Part shown: piece by piece, positions 13,101-25,100 of the stretch
Layout: each line of letters begins with the position of its first letter
Position numbering within the stretch: the first letter of the stretch is position 1
Source: Thalia democratica
Taxonomy: Eukaryota
Direction of reading: 5' to 3'
Assembly (NCBI GenBank): GCA_965202585.1
Contig: OZ241827.1
Coordinates: forward strand, 57,908,001-57,972,000
DNA length: 64,000 nucleotides
Made by a program: the position numbers and the translations under genes
Notes under the pieces: generated by a model
What the model saw: the letters and a program-made list of their open reading frames with translations, nothing else
Database searches by the model: none
Told to the model about the DNA's origin: nothing

Positions 13101-16100
13101 GGTGAGCCTGTAATATTTATTTTTAATAAAACATAAAACTTGTCATGAAATAAAACTTTGTCTTTTAGACCTCAAATAAACTTTGAAATGAATCAATGTT
13201 TCTAATGTGTGATTTTATAAAAAACATCATTGTTGAAAACTCAATGTTGCTACACACAATGTACAAACTAGATATAAAATTAATTTTAAACTGCAATAGC
13301 AGCTGCTTTGGGTGTAATTTTCATTATTTTTGACATTATTTACAAAATGAAAACTCGTAAAGTGTATGTAATACAACTTGCATAATTTTTTTAATAAAGA
13401 TAGTCTGGCAGAAATTTTGTAATGCTCTGACTTACTTTCTAAATCCTGCAAGTTTGCGTAATTTAATAACGTTAAAGTATGAATTGAATTATAAAGTACT
13501 TAGTCTGTTTAACAACCAGTAATAAACATTTAAAAAAAGAAAGTTATTATCGAAACTAGCGTTAAAAAATAAGTCTAATGATTTAAGAAAAAAGTCTTAT
13601 GACTTAAAAAAAAAGTGAAAATTTTATAAATTATTAAACTTAATATTTCACTTTACTAACCTCTAGTCGGGCACCTGATAACAACGCGGGCCCCTAATCT
13701 CGCCCTGACATGGGACCCAACTGTCACTGTCAAGTCCATGGACACAAAATCGTCAATATCTCTGGTCGTGGACACAACTGTTGGTTTGTTGGTTACTGAC
13801 AGTGAAACCATTCGGCTGTCGTTTCCCCACTGATTGGTTGCCATGCAAACGTAGTTACCAGCGTCTGACGTTTCGGGGTTGAAAATTCTCAGGGATCCAT
13901 CACCGAGCTTGATCATTCTGTTTTAAGATATAATATTTTCTTTACGTGTTTAACTATGAATGTTTATAAATTAGAATCTATTTAAGGGGTAAACTACTGT
14001 TCAAATTTCGACAACGCTAGTTTTTACAAAAAATGTAAGGGGCCATAACTTCAAAAAATATTTTTAGTTAAAAAAAGGCCAACTTAGTTATAATAACTCT
14101 AATAAATAAAATTATAACTGTGAATAAATTGAATAGTTGATAAGAGAAAAAATTAAATAATAAAAACAAATATATTTTAATAAAATCTAAAGCTGCTTTT
14201 AACCCTATCTCAAAAATGAAATAATAAAACAAATAAAATGTGAATATAGTTCTTATTAATTACATTACGATTATAAAAAATAAAAACCAATCTTCATTAA
14301 TAGATATAGTTTGAAATAACTACAAGTAGTAAGAACTTCAGTTGTCGGAATTTGAATTGTAAGAAATTGAACAGTCGTGCACCCATTTCGAGTAGTGTAA
14401 TAAAAATTTAAACAAGATAACTATGTAACAAATAAATCAAACCTGTCATTATTTCTGATTTCTTGCCCGTCCTTCAACCATTTTACCTCAAAAGGGTATT
14501 CCCCTGTAACCTCGCACAAAATGGTCACCCGTCGCGAACCAACAACCACCACCGACCCTCCGACGTTGACTATGACATCATCATTGTACTGAAGGGGGTC
14601 GATAGTCGGCGCAACGTGGATAGATGGCGCCTTTTTCACACCGTTTTCGTCGGTAGGGGGAGGCGTTGTCGTGACAACCACAGTGGATTGTTTCGAGTCC
14701 AACGGAAGGTGTTTTCGTTCTCTGTAGCCTGAAATTACATTTTAATTTAAGAAACAAAATTAAAGTAAAATGCATGTTTTGTTGAATGTGTTTATAAAAA
14801 CTGACAGAAACTTGATTAGTTTTTCAGATTTTACCAAATTTATTGAGACGGTGAGAGAGTAAGTTTTTTCAAAAGTATAAACAAAAAACTTTATAACTTT
14901 TAATAGTCTAAAAATCTAATAGCATATTTTTTTAAATAACCTAAAAAGTCAGTTTTAGCTGGTACAATATCTTGTAGTTGGACGACTTTGTAATCGTTAA
15001 TTATGTGAGGTTTCTTTCTAATTACCTTCTTGTTCACAGCTTTAGTTCCAGCTGCGAGCTTCAAATGCTGCAAATGTTAAAAGTTGAAACGCGAAGTTGT
15101 GTGTATACATGGAATTTTAATACAATTAACTTGTACAATGGAAGTCGCTCCTATGCTAAGAATTTACTGAACAGATATTTTAACTTATTGGGTCGTGTTG
15201 TTACAAACTTTAAAAATAAAAATTACCCAATGATTTTTGAAATTAAATTAAAATATTTTATTAGTATTTTGATGGAAATGTTTAATAATTCAATGAAGCT
15301 TTTTAAGTTTGTATGTAAATTTTGTAAACGTAAAATGTGACAAACTTTTCTATCGCTGTACTTGGTAATGGATTGTTGAAAAGCTTGACCCCCTTCTTGC
15401 GAGTGGTTCTCTTTGACTTGCATTAAACCTTTATGTGGTCCGCTGGCAGCTCCTAAAGGTTAATTAGATACAAATTTAATGTTAAATTTTTTTAATTAGT
15501 TGCTTTTCATGTTCATACACGCGTTGTCATGCAATGTAAAGCTGTTATACGTAAAGCGACATTATTATTTGCTTTTGAACTACAGCAAACTTTTATAAAG
15601 TTAAGCTTTATCATTATTTTTTGTCAATAATAGCTAAGAAAATTACTATAAAGTTTTTATTTAAGCCAAAAGTTTTAACGCAATGTGAAAACTTTTACAA
15701 CCATAAGTTTTTTTAGACCTTTTGTTGAACTTGTGTTACAAATAAAGATAATTTTTAATGCTTTATTAGTCTACAATGGGTCACGTAATTCATAAACTCA
15801 TTCAAACCATGTTAAATGGATAAATTAAAAAAAAAAAAAACTGGTAATGAATTTTTAAAAACGTTTTTACGAACCCGCTTTAAACAACTCTTTGATTTCA
15901 ATTTACAATGCAGTTCTCATTAAAAACATTGTACATTATATATCAGATTATAAATCACGTTTTTAATTAAAACATTAAGTTTGAGAAATTGCTGTTTGTT
16001 TCAATTGAACACAAAATTACAATTGACGTAATTTATAAACACAAAGATATGTATTCAGAAAATACAAAAGTCAAACTTTGGTTTTTCAAAATCTTTAACT

Positions 16101-19100
16101 TAATTAACTACTCAGTTTTCAAGCTGATTTTATTTTTCACTTATTATAAAACATTTAAACGGCATTAAAACAGATTAAACTTTTAAAGTAACACATTGTT
16201 TAGTAACAAAATTTTGAATTTAAATTAAATTTTACTAACTCAGTCCTAAAACACTACAACAGTCTTAGTTTTTAATTAAACCAGTTAAAATTTTGCTTTT
16301 GGTAATAAGGATTACTTAAAAAAAATAAGTTAAACTTTTGTTGATGAGAACGAGCAGCCTGCTCTTGCCCTGTCCTCCCTGGCACTTCACCATCTGCCTC
16401 CTCCTCATCCTGATCTTGCACATCTTCAGGTTGCCCCTCTTCGTCACCATCACCTTCCCCTGCCTTCTCTTCACCCTTCGCTTGTTTACGAACCACGCGT
16501 ATTTTGATGGCGCACCGCTGAGTAAAAATAGTACTAATTAGCTAGAAAAAAATACATATAAGATCACCGCAATGTAAAAATAGCCTTAATTAGCTTCAAA
16601 AGGAAGAATGATGTCCGAAAATATCGCCTATTAACCAAACATTACAAAAATTTCACTACAATATTCATTATATTATAGCGATATGTGATTGTTTGAAGCC
16701 AAAATAGCAAAAGTAAACTGCAAATATATGTTTATTTTTCATTGTAAAACTAGGCCACCGTCTAAAGTTTTTGAGCAAACAGGACGCGAAATTTCCTCTG
16801 ATTGATGTCACCTTGTTTGCTCACTTGCCATCAAATGAGCAAATAAAGCGGCAGATAATCAAAGCTAACTGCCTTCATCGTTCTCTCCCACTTGCCGATA
16901 AGTAAACATTATTTTGTAGCGCATTGACCTTGCACGTGACGGTGTTTATTGTTTGCATTAAAACTTACTTTTTGAAGCTGCACTTGGCGATGATGGTGGT
17001 TCCAGGGATGACGAAGGCCTTCAGCGGAAGGGTCAGTTGGAGGGGGTTTTTTCTGGCCGATTTTTGCACGAATACTCTCAGCCCTCCGTTGATTTTGGTC
17101 GGGTTGGGCCTTCTTTTAATCACGCTTTTCCCTTCTTGATTCGCAGCTACAAAATATTTAAATAGAACATTATACAAATTACTCAGACGTTAAAAGAAAT
17201 TAACTACTTTTAAATTTAACACATAGTTGACTCACCCAAGCTGGACATACATTTCCTGTGCAGTGAGCAACTCCTTCTGGCTGGAAGTGCTTTCAAGTTT
17301 TTGCAGTATTTCAATTTCGCACTAGTTTTGTGCCAATTTCCGTTTTTCATGTACATGCAGACAACTTTTCTTGTTTGCCAACCTTTTTGTAACTTATTGC
17401 AGTCGCCTTTGCACTAAAAGAAGAGTTTAGCTGTACATTTTTGAATTTTTAACAGTCAGTAACAAAGTAAATTACAGATAAATAATGTTATTTATGAGTT
17501 TTAGTAATAAAATACCTTTTAGTTAAGTTTTCATTTAAAACATTTTAAAAACTGTTTAAATTGTTGCTAAATATGTCAATTTATGAAAAGATACTAATTA
17601 AACTTAAAACCACAAACTTCACTCCAATCTTCTGCAGTGAATTTCGGTTCACATTCTTTAACTTTGCACTTTCTCCTGGTCAATCGATACGGTTTGTTCT
17701 GCGAACAATATTTTGAAGGCACCTGAATCAATTTGCCTGTTCCTATTCTTTGTTTGCACAAAAAAGAAATTTCACGAAACCCGTTGCCGCATTGTTCAGA
17801 ACACTAAAAAAGTTGTTTTTAATGAAAAAGTATTCGTTAAAGTAGATGACTAGGCTCAATTACTAGGCTAAGCTCAATGAATGGTCTTAAGCTTATAAAA
17901 TTGTTAAATGTTTAAACCTTGCTTAAATTGGTGTAATAATCTATGAACAAAAAACTTACTATCATGAATATATTTTGGTATGTCAATAGGTTTTTTAAAA
18001 CTAACCTTCCCGAGACCAGACTTCATCCAGACAGGGGGACAGGTAGCGAACCCGCAAGGTTCAATCGACTGAGGTTTTGGGTTGGGGCACATGATTTCAG
18101 GCATGACGTCATCGTTGGTGACGTGGTGAGTGGAGTTTTCAGGCATGAACTTACACGTGACAGATCTTTTTCTGATCCCTCTGCCGCACATTTTCGAACA
18201 CGAACCGTACTGACCTATTTCCCATCTGAAAATTTTTTGGAATATTTTTAATTTTTTTTAAGTTTTCGCTATTAATTTAATGTAAAGATAAGGAGAGCCT
18301 ATCGAAAATACTAAAAAATATTTTAAATCAACCTACATTTTTCTTCTACTTAGTAAAAATGTTACCGGAAAGGCTATGTTTTATACTGTCAGAGTTTTTA
18401 AAGAAACTAGTATAATACATAGTTGGTTAAAAATAAAACTCTATAAGTTAGCTTTTTTTTGTCTAATTTTCTAATCAAGTTTAAATATATCATTATAGTT
18501 ATGTTTAGACAAAAGAAAAAAACCTACTATGTATAAACATACCAATACAGAAGTCGTTATTTTAATTCGGCTAAATGGGTAAAACAATATAGTAAAACAG
18601 CAAAATTTAATGATATAAAAATATACTTAGAACAGGTAAACTTGGTCTAAAATTATTAAAAACTTTATTACACTATCTATTGGCTTTTCTTTGTAGCTTA
18701 TGCAAATTTTTAGTTTTAAATAATTAATTTTAAAGTTCAATGAGTTTATACTAAACAAACATTTAAAAGTTTACTGAAATTAATCTTCTATATAAACAAG
18801 TTGTTAAGTGTGTTTTTTCTCATGTACTAATTTACTGGTTATTATTATTTTTTGCTCTACTAAAGACTTGAAATTTTTATATCAAGCGCATAACCTTTCT
18901 CATTTAGAACATGAGGCTTAAATGATATCACAGTAAAACGTTTTCATTTGATATTATAAAAACCTTGTAGAAATTATGTTTTCATTAGGTACAACATAAC
19001 TATTTTTAAACTGTTTAGTTATGACAACTTTAAAAACTATTAAGAATTGCTTCTTAAAGGTACTTACCTAATTGGGATATTTTGACAGGGTCCAATAGCA

Positions 19101-22100
19101 ACTAAAAATACTGCTAAGTAACAATAATAAGTACTTAAAAAGATTATGTTTGTTTTATACATAACATTCCGAAACTGTTAAATATAAGTAAAGTTAGTTT
19201 GTTTTATTTTCAACTAAAACTTTGATTTGAAGTAAAAAAAATTGAAATAAGTTAAAAATTTGAATGGTAATATGAGTTGAATAGTAGTTAGAAAACAACT
19301 TCTAATAATGGTTTTTATTTTAAACGTTTAAAAGTATCAAGCTGTATTATAGTGCGATAAAAAAGTAAAAATAATCAAAAACTTTTAAAAAAATTGCTTT
19401 AAATTATAAAATACGAACTTAAAATACAAACCAAAACAAACAAATTTGTTTTTAGTAAAAAAAAACATATTTCTGATCTTGTTATCAACAAACTTAACAG
19501 TATTTAGTGTAAATATTATTTTTGTGTTTTTTTTCAGCTATAGCTTCTTTGTTTACAATCTTTATATAGACTGACTGCAACTTTTACTGCAGAAAGCTTA
19601 AGTTAAAGTTTTCATAAAATTTACCTTATATACTGAAATTGAATTGAGATCATAATATGAATATGCTTTCGTGTCTATACAATTTTATAAACACATTCAA
19701 AACAAAATTTTATTGTCTTTAGTCTCGCGTAAACAGCTTACACCACTATGTTCATGTAGTTGTCATTGAAAAATGTATAAAGAAGATTTTCATTAAAAAA
19801 CGCGACAAAGCTTTGAAAAGGTCAGTTGAAAATATTATGAAATATGAGTAAGTTTTTCTAATTAAAAAGTATTCATATTTAATTTTCAAACTATTTACAC
19901 GAAATTGTAATGTTGACAGAAAACAAAAACATTGTCGAAAACAATATGTTATTAAATCTGTCTGTCATAAACTTCAGCTTTAAAACAAATTGCTTCATCT
20001 TAAGTATGGTTCAAAGGGTAAATGCTATTATTAGACCTGAATCTATAAACTTGATTCAAAAACTTAAAAGAAAAAGTAGTTACTAAAAAAAATCTCTGAT
20101 GAAGTTTCAACTTTTCAAGATTTTCTTTTATATCTTGGAAACAAAAACAACTAAACTATTAGTATAATAAGCAGTGAAAATTTTATTTCTTAAATATGAA
20201 TACACAAATTACGTTTACATTATACTAAATAGTCTTTTTTAAAGAACAAATTACCTACGAGAACTGTTTGGTAAATTTTCTATCTTTTTAATTTGTACAA
20301 ATAAATGTCTTCTTTAATATTTTTATTTCTGTAATCACTAACTCAGTTTAACCAAGTGCAGTACTTAAGTAGTCTCTGATTTAAAAATTCTGTAATAAAA
20401 CTTTGTGCATCAAAATATTTCTGCAACATAATCTTACAACTTTATACACTTCGATTTGCTAACTAAGTGTGCGCCAACTGAACGTTCAAGCGAAACAAAA
20501 AACATATTTATTGCTGTTTGAAAACGCTGCAAACGCTTTCACCTTTTTCTGTGTCAAAAATCCAAAACAAACACGAGTTGAATGGCGAAGAACAAACGAT
20601 TATAATAAATATTTGCTTTTATTCGTTATAATTCTCCACAATCACTTGTTTTTATTTGCACTTTTACTCACTTCCGAACTACACAACTTCACTACCTACG
20701 ATTAAAACTTTCGAAACTTTTCACAAGTTTCTATACACGGGTAATTCTGCGTAGAATCACAAGCACAGGGCTGTTTGAACAGCGAAGCCGTCTTGACTGG
20801 GCTTAATGCCGGAAACGCGTTTTGTTTGGTTAGGAAAGTGCGCATTTGGTGTCGTAAATGTGCCTTTTATTTTTGTTTGGAAAATTCGACCGGTCGCATT
20901 TATATGTTCATGAAGCGTTTGTTGTATACGCTTTTCAATATGTAAAAGAAATTTACCTACAAAAAGAAATTTTATGTGTAGAATGTAAATGCTCTGCTCA
21001 TGAAAGAAGCTATATTTATACTTTGGAAATGTCATACAATTATAAAATTTTTTTTAAGCGCTAGTATTAGAGAATTTCTCAGAAAGATTAAAAAGTTAAA
21101 AAACTGTTTGAGAAAATTTATAGTAAAATCATATATTTTTTCTCAATTATGCTTCCTAATAAATATTGTTTATAGTTTTAACCGACTTTTGTATACTGAA
21201 TGCAAAGAAATACAATTAAACCGTAGTAACATCAATTTAGTAAAATCATGTTTTATCATCAACAATTCGGTTTACTTCATTCTTTCTCCTGGCCGTTTCT
21301 GCACAGCAGTTTTAAAACTTTCAGAACCGTAGAGCGCATTAAAGTACTAGCGAGCGCAGCCGACCGCATCGAGTTGTGAAATCAACAACTCTCACGTCGA
21401 TTCGCATGAGCGGTCACCGGCGCAAACACAAAGTGGTGGGGATTTTCTCTCGATGGTGTCAGAACAGCGTCTCGTCGGTTGTTTAAACCGCGCTTATTCG
21501 TTGCACTAGAGTGATGGATCACATCGGCATAAATACATCATACCGTTTCCTATACAAACGAAATCGACCTTATATGCCACAATGCAGTTGTAATACTGGC
21601 GTTCATAAACAGTATCCTGCGTGTGACAGTTTAGTGATAAACAAACTGTATTTGTAATAACTTAATGAATGGCACTTTGTTGCTGAGTTTGAAACGGATA
21701 AGAGCGTCGTTGCTAGCGATTTAAATGTGAATAAAAATTGTTTTTATCCAAATCTCTGGTTTTTGTTATTTTAAAAAGCAATTAAAATTCAATTGTTAAT
21801 GAAAAACTTGCACGACGATTTATCATTATCAGTGATATAAATATTTCTAATACTATATAACAGTGCGGTAACCATCTTTTTGGAAATTTCAATTATTTTT
21901 CTAGTATAATTTCGTATAGAAGTAAACATCTTAAAAATTTTTTTTTTTACTTTTAAATATATCACACTTGCAAAAAATTTAATTTCTAAGCTTAGAAATT
22001 TAGCTGTGAACAAAGATATTAATTAAAAAAATATTTTTTTCCCTAGAAAATGCGAAAAAAAACTGAAAAAAATTCTATTAATTATAAACAATTGACATTA

Positions 22101-25100
22101 TTTGATCTAATAACTAAACAATTGAAAATCTGAATAAATTATTATAAAAAATTACTTCAAACCAATCCCTAACTATCAAGATAAACTTTTTTAAAGTAAC
22201 TTGTTTTTAGTTCTAGGTATTTAAAATATTATGGATACTGATAAAGCTTCTTAAACTTGAATTTAAATAACTGTTGTTTACTTAGTTTTTTAGCCTTACT
22301 TATAAGCTTTAAAATAAACTAAAATATCTACTTTAAATAACAAAGAAAAACAAAGAAATATTTCTAGCTTTTTAACCGGACTTAAAAATACCTCAAAAAC
22401 CTATTAACTTCCAATTACCTAAATCTTTTAAAAACCTAATCTAGTCTTTGCAGCGACTTAAAGAAATCTGAACACAAATTAATCGAGCTTGTGTCTTTTG
22501 TCGAGTAGCTACTGTTAACACACAGCGTAGCCATCGCACTATTGTGCTACAACAGAGCCTGCGACAAAAACAAAAAAGAAAAAAGGTTTTTGTGTGTCGG
22601 GGTGGTCGTAGTACAACAAATTGTTGAAGTGGCACAGAAGTGCAACTCGTTGTTTTTTCATGACAAAAGACCACCAATGAGTTTTTATACGAACTTGTTT
22701 GTATTATTGCCGCAACAAGATTAATTTACTACGAGTTGGTCTATGACGTAACTTTTTAAAATTTTAGGGAGAATTGAGACTTTTGTTCGGTTTTTTTCGC
22801 ACAAAAAAGACGCTTATTTTTCAGTTTTATTTTACTATATTTATATATTTAATTATAAACTTTACATAATGTTAGCATTGTAATGATGATGACTGCTTTC
22901 TAAATTTGGAATTGTCGAACCAAGGTGCTTTTGATCAAAAAGAGAAGATCTTAATTAAATCCGCTTTTCATGCTAGTAATAAAAATTTGTAACAACTAAA
23001 AGCCTCGTAAAAACACAAAAAATATATTTACAAATGCAAGATTGTTTAGCTGAAAACTTCAGTGTATTAGCAGCACAATGCGTTATAGGATTAATGTCGT
23101 TTTAAAACTACATAAATACAAATTTTCATAAGATCTGACACCGGGCCAAATTAAAGTTGTGCCGACGAACAAAGCTGAAAACCTCAAAATTTAATAACCA
23201 AGTTGAAACTTTCGCGTTATTACTAAACCCTTAAACTATCATTTTTGTTTTCGCTTGGGCTTTTAGCGTTATTAACTTGTAACTTTCTGTTATTTTCTGA
23301 AGTTTGCAAAGATATTTAGTGCTAATTTTGATACAAAACCGTATTACTATAAAATCTTGATAAAGTTGTTTTAAGATAAATGCTTTAATAATTGTTGGCA
23401 GTTTTTTTGCTGTTATTTTGTAATCGGACTTTTACTTAGTCTCCATATTATAGTAAGATATTTAAAAATACACAACGTTCTTTTTGTTAAAAAAAAAATT
23501 ATCAACAAACTTTGGTGATTAAAGAATTAACATTTAAATAAAATAGTGTTTAAAAAGCATTACCAAAAGTGATAAAAGCATTAAAAAAATTAAAAAGTAA
23601 TAATCAATTAATGTTTATATTTAGAAGATCTGTATCAACTTTTAGCTTTGAGATAACTTGAAAAATAAGTTATATTGTTAATCTCACATTTCATTATATA
23701 GTGAAATAGCTTACACAATCACATTACATAATCTTTTATTATCCAACGATGTTTTTTGTCAAACACAATTAATACTCGTTTAGGGTTGTAAAATAATGTT
23801 GTTTCATCTCATAAACATTACTTTTATTAAACAAAATAATATTTAAACTCCTAAAAACTTCAAAGGAAGGTTTTTTAACGACTATTAAACAAAAACCTCA
23901 AGTTTTTATTTCATTAAAAAAACACTTGTCAAAAAAATAATTTATCTTTGATCTTTGATAAAAAATAAACATACTATTAGCGAACAACTAAATAACATTT
24001 TAAAACAAACTTGATATTTTATAGCTCTTTGTAAACTGAGACTTTTTTTTATAAAAATTGTATCGAAAAAAAAAATGTAGTATTTCATTCTAGACATTAC
24101 AAAATATAGTACCTTATAACTTCATAATAATCAAGTTTTAAGCTATGAATCATAGTCTACAATCAATTTAGGGTCTATTAACAGCATGATATTTTTATCT
24201 AGAACTATTTAAAGTTTAAATGATTTATTGTAACTTAAAGGCTTATCTTTAACTTATTTTTGAAAGCTGTTTTTGTTACTAATATGAAAAGTTTTTACAC
24301 TTAGTTTTACTTAACAACATAATTAATGCTAGCCTTTTGTTTGTAGAAGTCCTTTTGAACTGTTAACAGACAAAATGCAATTAAAAACTAATAAATTATC
24401 TTGACAGTTATAACAAAACAAATAGTACTAATCTAGTTTTGCTTAGTGACAAAATTTTTTTATTATTTAAAATAAAAGTTTGTACATTAATGAATAAGCA
24501 AACACAAAATTTTCACAATAACTATTTTCAAACCGTGTAATTTTAACTTCAAATATGTTTTTTAGGAAACAAATTTTCTTGCACATTAACCAACAGTGAA
24601 AATTTACTTACTTTATTATAACATCATAGATTAATATAATTTATTTTTGTATTATTAGACTCATTAAGAAAGTTAAATATAATATTTTAGACTAATTAAG
24701 TAAAAACAAATTAAAATTACTACAAAAAGATCACGTAAGCATATTAAAAGATTTAAAATCTTCATCAAAGTAAAATCACAAAGTTATCTCAACAATTTAG
24801 CTCTCAAAAATTTCCCCATCTTATTTTGCGTTACTTTCAACCGTTCATATCTTTTATGATATTTTTAAATCAAACTTTGTAATTGATAGATGTCAATTAT
24901 AGGAACGTGTTAATTTGATTATAACACTCTACCGTGCAAAGCTAATAGATGATATCGACGAGTGTTTAAGTGTTAAATGATAGAGATTATCAAAAGGCAA
25001 AAACACATAAGAAACGCTGTGCGAAGGCCAAGTAACCTGCTTTAAAAGGTTTTTTTTTATGCAAATATTTACATTTGACTATATGTTTGCAACTATTTGT

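Noticed and set aside
15090-15210. Extra exon with a second in-frame TAG (FVTTRP...FLA*ERLP)
   Set aside because: No phase-compatible donor and acceptor pair; exons 24 and 25 already join in frame.
16272-16517. Open, strongly acidic alternative frame over exon 23
   Set aside because: No upstream phase-0 donor or downstream phase match was found; explained by purine-rich codons of the basic frame.
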